Of a stretch of 64,000 bases of DNA, positions 57,509 through 64,000 are shown piece after piece (positions within the stretch are counted from its first letter, which is position 1; every line of letters begins with the position of its first letter). The stretch is from an uncultured Bacteroidota bacterium (GTDB lineage: Bacteria; Bacteroidota; Bacteroidia; Flavobacteriales; Flavobacteriaceae), in assembly GCA_902510475.1 (NCBI GenBank), contig CABXCC010000001.1, positions 18,954-82,953 on the forward strand. Direction: 5' to 3'. Made by a program: the position numbers and the translations under genes. Below the pieces are notes generated by a model. The model was not told the origin of the DNA, ran no database searches, and worked only from the letters and a program-made list of their open reading frames with translations.

Positions 57509-58753
57509 ATGAGAGATTTATTTGATAGAATGCGCCAAGATAAGGGGCCTCTTGGAAAATGGGCTGATATAGCTGAAGGTTATTTTGCATTTCCAAAACT
57601 TGAAGGTGAAATTTCAAGTAGAATGAAATTTAATGGTCATGAAGTTATCACATGGAGTGTAAATGATTATTTAGGGCTTGCAAACGACCCGGAGGTTAGA
57701 AAAATTGATGCGGAAGCAGCTGCTAAATACGGATCTGCGTATCCTATGGGTGCAAGATTGATGTCTGGGCATACCGATCTACATGAACAACTTCAAAAAG
57801 AGCTTGCAGAATTTGTCAATAAAGAATCCGCTTATGTGTTAAACTTTGGCTATCAAGGAATATTATCCACAATTGATTCATTGGTAAGTAAAAATGATGT
57901 AATCGTTTATGACATTGATTCACACGCATGTATCATTGACGGCGTGAGATTGCATCTCGGTAAAAGATTCACTTATCAACACAACGATATGGAAAGTCTT
58001 GAAAAAAACCTTGTAAGGGCAACAAAGATTGCAAATGAAACCAACGGAGGTGTTTTGGTTATTTCTGAGGGTGTTTTTGGAATGAGAGGTGAACAAGGCA
58101 AGCTTAAGGAAATTGTGGCTTTAAAATCAAAATTTAATTTTAGGCTATTGGTTGATGATGCTCACGGATTTGGTACTCTTGGAAAAACAGGAGCTGGGGC
58201 AGGTGAGGAGCAAGGAGTTCAAGACGAAATAGATGTGTATTTTGCAACATTTGCAAAATCAATGGCTAGTACGGGTGCCTTTATAGCTTCAGATAAAGAA
58301 ATTATTGATTTTCTTAAATACAATATGAGATCTCAAGTTTTTGCTAAATCTCTACAAATGCAGTTGGTTGAAGGTATATTAAAAAGGTTACAAATTTTGA
58401 GATCAAAACCAGAAATTAAACAAAAACTATGGGATAATGTAAATAAATTACAATCAGGGTTGAAAGATAGAGGATTCGATATAGGTTCTACTCAAAGTTG
58501 TGTTACCCCTGTTTATTTAAAAGGTTCAATTCCAGAAGCTTTCGCTTTGGTTAAAGATCTTAGGGAAAATTATAAAATTTTCTGTTCAATTGTTGTTTAC
58601 CCTGTGATCCCTAAAGGACTAATCTTACTCAGGTTGATTCCTACAGCTTCTCATAATTTTAAAGACATAGAGGAAACTTTAGAAGCATTTTCTTCCATTA
58701 GAGACAGATTAGTTTCAGGAGTTTATAAAAAGATTTCAGAAAAATTAATGTAA
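57509..58753 (+). CDS. Alpha-oxoamine synthase family PLP enzyme (SPT/KBL/AONS-like); candidate cysteate-C-fatty-acyltransferase (CapB-like)
   Basis: The substrate-entry region GYFAFPKLEG…VNDYLGLANDPEV resembles SPT-like enzymes more than Kbl. Other motifs are DDAHGFG and the PLP-lysine context ATFAKSMASTGAF. Length is 414 aa. Confidence 0.8.
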   Translation: MRDLFDRMRQDKGPLGKWADIAEGYFAFPKLEGEISSRMKFNGHEVITWSVNDYLGLANDPEVRKIDAEAAAKYGSAYPMGARLMSGHTDLHEQLQKELAEFVNKESAYVLNFGYQGILSTIDSLVSKNDVIVYDIDSHACIIDGVRLHLGKRFTYQHNDMESLEKNLVRATKIANETNGGVLVISEGVFGMRGEQGKLKEIVALKSKFNFRLLVDDAHGFGTLGKTGAGAGEEQGVQDEIDVYFATFAKSMASTGAFIASDKEIIDFLKYNMRSQVFAKSLQMQLVEGILKRLQILRSKPEIKQKLWDNVNKLQSGLKDRGFDIGSTQSCVTPVYLKGSIPEAFALVKDLRENYKIFCSIVVYPVIPKGLILLRLIPTASHNFKDIEETLEAFSSIRDRLVSGVYKKISEKLM

Positions 58754-59866
58754 ATCAGCTTTGTAGGTAGATCTTGTCTTTATCAGTTTGGGGTTAAAGT
58801 TTTTCCATATTTTGTCGATTGATCCATTATCAATAAGCTCTGGTGTTCTTCTGCATATTTGAATTCCTTTGTTTTTTAACGTTTGGATAAATGAGTTAAA
58901 AATAATGGCAGTAACCCCAAGTTTTTGATAATCAGGATGAATTCCGATAAGATATAGAGTTACATCTTTGTTAAATTTTTTTGCATGTAATAAATGCAAA
59001 AACCCGAACGGAAATAATTTTCCATTCATTCTTTGTAAAGCTTTTGCAAATGAGGGCATAATAATGGCAAAAGCAACAATTTTGTTTTCACTATTTTCTA
59101 CAAATTTTATGTATTCTGGATTTATAAAACTCAGAAACTTTTCCTTCATATGTTCTTTTTGCTTTTCAGATATCTTTACAAAAGAGGATAGTTTTGCATA
59201 AGATTCGTTAAACAAATCAAACATTTCATTTGCTCTTCCCATCAATTTACTTGTTGAGTAGAAATTTACTTCTTTAAGATTGTTTCTTGTTTTTACTATT
59301 CTACTCATTTTTTCATAATAACCAGTATCTATGTCATTAAACATAAATGTCTTTTCGTGAAAAGTTTTTTCAATTTTTAACCCATGTTTCTTATAATGAT
59401 TTTTGTAATAATCATAATTATAATTTGTAATCATTGTTCCAATCACATCAAAACCACTTGTTAATACACCAACTTTATCAAGATTGCTAAAACCCATAGG
59501 TCCTTCCATATACTCTAGATGATTGGCTTTTCCAATTTCTATTACTTTTTTGAAGAGAATATCGCTAACTTCATAATTGTCGATAAAATCAAACCAACCA
59601 AATCTTATTTTACTGGTTTTTTGCTCTTTTACCTCAAACCAGTTTATGATAACGGCTATTCTACCCACAACATTTTTATCTTGATAGGCTAAAAATAATT
59701 CAACTTTAGAATCTTGCAGATTTGGATTTAAATCTTTATTAAAGTTATTCATTTCTTGATTTATAATAGGAGGAATCCAATATTTCGATCCTTTATATAA
59801 TTCAAATGGGAACATTACAAAATTTCTTAAGTCTTTTTTGTTTGAAACTTTTTTTAAAAAAATCAT
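58745..59866 (-). CDS. Hypothetical protein, 373 aa, GNAT-like acyltransferase composition (uncertain)
   Basis: Long clean ORF whose 3' end overlaps the convergent 57509..58753 gene by 9 nt. Segments such as VVGRIAVIIN… and YLIGIHPDYQKLGVTAIIF resemble acyl-CoA N-acyltransferase folds. There is no firm motif. Confidence 0.55.
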   Translation of the reverse strand: MIFLKKVSNKKDLRNFVMFPFELYKGSKYWIPPIINQEMNNFNKDLNPNLQDSKVELFLAYQDKNVVGRIAVIINWFEVKEQKTSKIRFGWFDFIDNYEVSDILFKKVIEIGKANHLEYMEGPMGFSNLDKVGVLTSGFDVIGTMITNYNYDYYKNHYKKHGLKIEKTFHEKTFMFNDIDTGYYEKMSRIVKTRNNLKEVNFYSTSKLMGRANEMFDLFNESYAKLSSFVKISEKQKEHMKEKFLSFINPEYIKFVENSENKIVAFAIIMPSFAKALQRMNGKLFPFGFLHLLHAKKFNKDVTLYLIGIHPDYQKLGVTAIIFNSFIQTLKNKGIQICRRTPELIDNGSIDKIWKNFNPKLIKTRSTYKADLH

Positions 59867-60729
59867 CTGCTTGGATATAAATTGAGTCTGTAACTTAGGC
59901 CAATATTAATATAGTTAATTTTTGGCGTATTTTTAAAATTTAAGGTTGATCCCGCATCAATCTGAAGATTATCATTAAAAAGATGAGCTAATCCAAGACT
60001 AAGCTTGTTTTCAGCATAAAAATTGCTTTTAATCCCGTGTTTTTCTATAAAACCTATAAAACCTTGATTAAATGCATATGTTAATGAGATTATGTATTGA
60101 AAATCATTTTGATAAGAGCCAATTCTATCAAGAATTAAGTTGCTAATTAGTACAGATCTATTCGTAATATTACTTTGAGTGAAAATAGCTAGTGAGGGGC
60201 TAATTCCGTTAACGCCTGAACTTGTAAATGGGTTATCTTTAGAATCTACATTAACACCAACATATGCCGAGACAGCAGGAATTAAATTTTTTAAATTAAA
60301 TCTTCTGTCGGCCCAATAACTATATACATTAGGCTCATCTTCTTGACCTTTTTTTGGATCGAAAATTAGGTATTTAGCACCTAATTGAAATTTTTTAAAA
60401 TTCTTTCTATCATAAGAATTAACGGGGTTATATCTTAAGTCACTAAATTCATCTGCTTGATATACTCCATTTATTACTATTTCTAATTTTTCATAAAGAA
60501 AACCATATCTTATTTTAAAATCTATACCGAATCCTTTGGTTTCATAGTTTAGCAAATCATGTTTTTCTTTTGCATTAAAGAAGCCACTTTCAATTTGCAG
60601 TATATTTTTTCCAACGGAGAAAGCACCAGATGAATTCCCAGGTCTGTTAGAATTTATTATGTCAGTGTATTGTGAAAAAGAATTTTGATAAATTAAAAGT
60701 GATATAATTAAAAGTGTGGTTCTAAACAT
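59863..60729 (-). CDS. Outer-membrane beta-barrel channel (MetA/phenol-degradation-pathway-like transporter family)
   Basis: Signal peptide, then N-terminal …INSNRPGNSSGAFSVGKNILQIESG as in the PF13557-type family. The rest shows an alternating beta-strand pattern. It overlaps the downstream gene by 4 nt (operon). Confidence 0.65.
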   Translation of the reverse strand: MFRTTLLIISLLIYQNSFSQYTDIINSNRPGNSSGAFSVGKNILQIESGFFNAKEKHDLLNYETKGFGIDFKIRYGFLYEKLEIVINGVYQADEFSDLRYNPVNSYDRKNFKKFQLGAKYLIFDPKKGQEDEPNVYSYWADRRFNLKNLIPAVSAYVGVNVDSKDNPFTSSGVNGISPSLAIFTQSNITNRSVLISNLILDRIGSYQNDFQYIISLTYAFNQGFIGFIEKHGIKSNFYAENKLSLGLAHLFNDNLQIDAGSTLNFKNTPKINYINIGLSYRLNLYPSR

Positions 60730-60751
60730 AATTATTTACAAGCATTCTAAA

Positions 60752-60759
60752 CAAAGATA
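60752..60759 (-). promoter_or_regulatory. Candidate -7 box (TATCTTTG on the coding strand) for the OM-channel/acyltransferase-like operon
   Basis: Forward CAAAGATA matches reverse-complemented TAnnTTTG, 23 nt upstream of the ATG at 60729. Confidence 0.4.
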
Positions 60760-60808
60760 AATCTTATAATTTAATAAGATATTAACTTTTTTTGAATTGT
60801 GATAATTG

Positions 60809-60816
60809 TAAATTTG
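60809..60816 (+). promoter_or_regulatory. Candidate -7 box TAAATTTG for the DUF4834-like/YfhO/GT cluster
   Basis: Exact TAnnTTTG match 18 nt upstream of the ATG at 60834. It lies inside the longer TTG-started track ORF, which argues for the shorter gene model. Confidence 0.4.
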
Positions 60817-60833
60817 TATTAAATAAAATCAAT

Positions 60834-61064
60834 ATGAAGTTTTTTTTGTTTTTAATTCTATTTTATTTTGCTTTCAGATTTTTGTCTAGGTTTCTTTATG
60901 TATATTTAATTAGAAAGGCAAAGGAAAGCCAATCGAATCACCACAGATCAAAAGATTTTCAAAAAAAGAAAGAAGGAGAGGTTTCGATTGATAAAATCCC
61001 AAAAAATAAATCTAAAAAAAATAACAATTTGGGAGATTATGTGGATTATGAAGAAATTGATTAA
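60834..61064 (+). CDS. Small membrane-anchored protein (DUF4834-like), 76 aa
   Basis: MKFFLFLILFYFAFRFLSRFL… is a single N-terminal TM helix. A basic middle section and the acidic C-terminus GDYVDYEEID follow, a pattern I associate with the DUF4834 family. Confidence 0.6.
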   Translation: MKFFLFLILFYFAFRFLSRFLYVYLIRKAKESQSNHHRSKDFQKKKEGEVSIDKIPKNKSKKNNNLGDYVDYEEID

Positions 61065-61067
61065 AAT

Positions 61068-63470
61068 ATGAAGATCAAGCATTTTTTAAAAACCAATATT
61101 CTAAAGCATTTTTTAGTTGTTACTATGTTCATAATAATATCACTAATTTTTTTTCATCCTATTCTTAGTGGTAAAAAAATCATTCAAAATGACATAATTC
61201 AATACACAGGTATGTCCAAGGAACTTAAAGATTTTAGATCTGAAAATGGTTATGACGCATATTGGACCAATAATTCTTTTTCTGGAATGCCAACATATCA
61301 GTTAGGAGCAAAGTTTCCTCATAACTATATTAAAAAACTTGATTTATCCCTACGATTTCTGCCTAGGCCAGCAGATTATCTATTCTTATATTTTTTAGGT
61401 TTTTATTTATTAATGATGAGCCTAAAAGTTGATTATCGACTTGCAGTATTTGGAGCTTTGTCGTTTGGATTGTCAACCTATCTTATAATAATAATTGGAG
61501 CAGGTCATAATGCTAAGGCACATGCTATCTCTTATATGCCATTTGTATTAGCATCAATTATATACGTAACTAGAGGAAACTATTTTCTGGGTTTTTTATT
61601 TACAACTATTTCACTTGCTCTTCAATTCACCGCGAATCATTTTCAAATGACTTATTATTTAGGTTTTATCGTTATTTCATTAGCCGTATGGTTTGTTTAC
61701 CATAGTATAAAAAGTAAAAAGATTGATCATTTATTAAAGACCGCTTTTACACTGCTTATTTCATTGCTATTTGCAATATTGTTGAATGCTTCTAATTTGA
61801 TGACGACAATCGAATATTCCAATGAATCAACCAGAGGAGATTATTCTTCACTTTCTATCAACCCTGATGGTAGCGATAAAGCAATTGAAAGTGGTTTAAA
61901 AAGAGAGTACATTACACAGTGGAGTTATGGAATTTTTGAGAGTTTAAATTTATTTATTCCAAAAATAATGGGAGGAGGATCTTCAGAGGAATTGGGAATG
62001 AATTCTTATTTTTTTAATTTTTTAAAATCAAACGGATACAGTACAATTGAGGCCAGAAATATAGTAAAAAATAGTCCAACATATTGGGGGGATCAACCAT
62101 TTGTTGAAGCGCCGGCTTATCTTGGGATAGTAGTTTTCTTTTTATTTGTGTTTTCTGTCTTTCTGTACAGAGGAAAACATAAGGGTTGGCTTTTGGCAGC
62201 AATAATTACTTCATTATTGCTTTCATTTGGTAAAAATTTTGACATTTTAACCGACCTTTTTATTTCCTATTTCCCCTTATATAATAAGTTTAGGGCTGTT
62301 TCTTCAATTCAAGTGATATTAGAGTTGTGCATTCCTATTCTAGCAGTTTTTGGTTTATCAAGTTTAATAAATAGTAAAAACAATAATTTAATTAAAAGTA
62401 AAGCCTTATACTCAACTCTTTTTTTCTTCGTATTAATTTTGATTATCCTATATTTTTCGTTGGATTATTTAAGTTTTAGCGGACAGTCAGATTTGGGATT
62501 GGATCCAGTAATAAAAGATGTGTTAATTGATGATAGAAAAAGTATTTTTTTAGATCAATTAGCCAGGACACTTATTTATGTAATTATAACTTTTATAATT
62601 ATTTTACTCTACATAAAAAGTAAAATAAAATTAAATATAACCTTGCTGTTATTAATTTTGATCTCTTCTTATGATTTAATTAGTTTTTCAAAAGTATATG
62701 TGAACGAGAGTAATTTTACAGATTCATATTTTGTTGAAAATCCTTTTAGACTAGATGAAACCTACAAAAATATTAAGTCTGATGATTCTGATTTTAGAGT
62801 TCTTGATTTGACAGAATCTTCAACACTGCCAAATTTTTATTTAAACTCAATCAACGGCTATCATGCTGCCAAATTGGGAAGATACAATGATGTTATGGAA
62901 TTTTATATAAACAGGAATCAGATGAATTCCTTAGAAATGTTAAACACCAAATACATCGTATATAACGATGAAAATAAAAAAAATGTTTATGTTAACGACG
63001 ATATCCCTGGAAGTGCCTGGTTTGTAAAAGAAAATATTAATGTTGCAAATGATAATGACGAGATTTTAAGTCTTGATTCCTTAAATTTCAAAAATATTTC
63101 AGTTTCTCAAGATTTAGAATCCAAAAAATATAAAAATACTAATTACAGAGTAGATTTAATCGAAAAAAAATCAAATTACTTGAAGTACGAAGTTGAATCT
63201 GATGATGTTGGTTTAATTATATTTTCTGAAATATATTATCCGCACGGATGGAATTCTTATGTTAATGGTGAAAAGGTTTCACATTTTAGATTTAACTATA
63301 TTTTAAGAGGTTTAGAAGTCCCAAATGGTAAATATGATGTTGAGTTTAAATTTGAGCCAGAAGTCGTTGAATTAAGTGGTAAAATTAGCTTATTCAGTTC
63401 AATTTCATTTATTTTAATATTGATCACTGGTTTATTTATAAAAAGAAAAGAGTGGGAAAAAAAGTTTTAA
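61068..63470 (+). CDS. YfhO-family polytopic membrane protein (GT-C-like glycosyltransferase fold)
   Basis: 800 aa with about 12 or more TM helices in the N-terminal two-thirds, a soluble C-terminal domain and a final TM helix. Composition is typical of YfhO. Confidence 0.75.
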   Translation: MKIKHFLKTNILKHFLVVTMFIIISLIFFHPILSGKKIIQNDIIQYTGMSKELKDFRSENGYDAYWTNNSFSGMPTYQLGAKFPHNYIKKLDLSLRFLPRPADYLFLYFLGFYLLMMSLKVDYRLAVFGALSFGLSTYLIIIIGAGHNAKAHAISYMPFVLASIIYVTRGNYFLGFLFTTISLALQFTANHFQMTYYLGFIVISLAVWFVYHSIKSKKIDHLLKTAFTLLISLLFAILLNASNLMTTIEYSNESTRGDYSSLSINPDGSDKAIESGLKREYITQWSYGIFESLNLFIPKIMGGGSSEELGMNSYFFNFLKSNGYSTIEARNIVKNSPTYWGDQPFVEAPAYLGIVVFFLFVFSVFLYRGKHKGWLLAAIITSLLLSFGKNFDILTDLFISYFPLYNKFRAVSSIQVILELCIPILAVFGLSSLINSKNNNLIKSKALYSTLFFFVLILIILYFSLDYLSFSGQSDLGLDPVIKDVLIDDRKSIFLDQLARTLIYVIITFIIILLYIKSKIKLNITLLLLILISSYDLISFSKVYVNESNFTDSYFVENPFRLDETYKNIKSDDSDFRVLDLTESSTLPNFYLNSINGYHAAKLGRYNDVMEFYINRNQMNSLEMLNTKYIVYNDENKKNVYVNDDIPGSAWFVKENINVANDNDEILSLDSLNFKNISVSQDLESKKYKNTNYRVDLIEKKSNYLKYEVESDDVGLIIFSEIYYPHGWNSYVNGEKVSHFRFNYILRGLEVPNGKYDVEFKFEPEVVELSGKISLFSSISFILILITGLFIKRKEWEKKF

Positions 63471-64000
63471 TTATTTCATACTATTGGCCGCCTGCTGGAG
63501 GTCCAGGGGTACAACGATGGTTAAAATTTGTAAAATACTTTCCTGAAAATAACATTGAACCTATATTATTTATTCCGAAAGATGTTAATTATCCAATTCT
63601 TGATTATTCTTTGTCGCAGGAAGTTGATAAAAATATTAAAATAATTAGACATCCAATATTTGAATTTTCATCTCTTTTTAGAAATAATAAAAGATTAAAT
63701 CTTTTGAGAAGCGGAAATATCTCAACCGTTAAAAAACAATCTTTATTTGAAAGAATATTATTTTTTTTGAGAGGCAACATGGTATTTCCAGACATGAAAT
63801 TATTCTGGAGAAAAACATCTGTTAATTTTCTGGAAAAATATTTATTAAAGAACGAAATCCAAACTATTGTTACCACAGGACCTCCCCATAGCGTCCATTT
63901 AATTGGTCTTGATTTAAAAGAGAAGCTAAATATTAAGTGGATTGCGGATTTTAGAGACCCATGGGTTAATTTAAATTATCTAAATAATTTTCAATTAATG
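63452..64000 (+). CDS. Glycosyltransferase (GT4/GT-B-like), N-terminal part; continues beyond the window
   Basis: Not in the ORF track because there is no stop in the window. Hand translation from GTG 63452 gives (M)GKKVLIISYYWPPAGGPGVQRWLKFVKYFPENNIEPILFIPK…TTGPPHSVHLIGLDLKEKLNIKWIADFRDPW, which is open to the window end. It overlaps the yfhO 3' end by 19 nt. Confidence 0.75.
   Translation, partial: MGKKVLIISYYWPPAGGPGVQRWLKFVKYFPENNIEPILFIPKDVNYPILDYSLSQEVDKNIKIIRHPIFEFSSLFRNNKRLNLLRSGNISTVKKQSLFERILFFLRGNMVFPDMKLFWRKTSVNFLEKYLLKNEIQTIVTTGPPHSVHLIGLDLKEKLNIKWIADFRDPWVNLNYLNNFQLM

Noticed and set aside
57509-58753. Reading the AONS-family gene as Kbl of a threonine degradation operon, given the nearby threonine aldolase.
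   Set aside because: No threonine dehydrogenase is adjacent. The gene is instead coupled 1 nt after a cysteine-synthase-fold enzyme, and its N-terminal region looks SPT-like rather than Kbl-like. This is kept as the alternative hypothesis to be excluded by phylogeny.
63604-63876. A minus-strand 90-aa ORF after yfhO.
   Set aside because: It is antisense to a clean, motif-bearing glycosyltransferase frame that is open from 63452 to the window end.

Overview
AT-rich (about 30% GC by eye), densely coding chromosomal segment. Several features point to Bacteroidota, class Flavobacteriia: a SusC/SusD pair, three proteins ending in T9SS (Por-type) C-terminal sorting domains, TAnnTTTG -7 boxes just upstream of several starts, and almost no Shine-Dalgarno sequences. 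I found no transposase, integrase, CRISPR array, rRNA or recognisable defence genes. Content in order: (1) an alpha-glucan utilisation locus, made of the SusC 3' end, a SusD carrying an embedded SusE/F-type module, a SusE/F-like lipoprotein with three such modules, and a T9SS-secreted GH13 amylase. (2) An M1 aminopeptidase and an aldose epimerase. (3) Two very large paralogous T9SS cargo proteins, separated by an unlisted 48-codon ORF that amounts to a signal peptide plus an 11-residue tail; a degraded second copy of this ORF lies about 7 kb away. (4) A long housekeeping stretch: BNR/sortilin-like propeller protein, typA, tRNA-Ser(UGA), ribB(A), lptF/G-like, lolA-like, ftsK, nhaC, a truncated methionine gamma-lyase remnant, lpd, tilS, an ALDH, rluA-like, panB, dnaK, a thioesterase, a CPBP protease, an M24 peptidase, GNAT, FTCD, hutI, fumC, a TonB-dependent receptor, an arsC-family gene, and prfB with its classical +1 frameshift site. 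(5) A Zn-metalloprotease, threonine aldolase, and a tightly coupled pair of PLP enzymes (cysteine-synthase/CBS fold plus SPT/AONS fold) that I infer to be a capnine-type sulfonolipid module (capA/capB-like). (6) An envelope cluster of DUF4834-like, YfhO and a partial glycosyltransferase. The observations most worth a second look are the signal-peptide-only micro-ORF and its relic, the SusD with an inserted carbohydrate-binding-type module, the paralogous giant T9SS cargo pair, and the putative sulfonolipid pair. All functional calls come from reading motifs by eye; no database search was possible.
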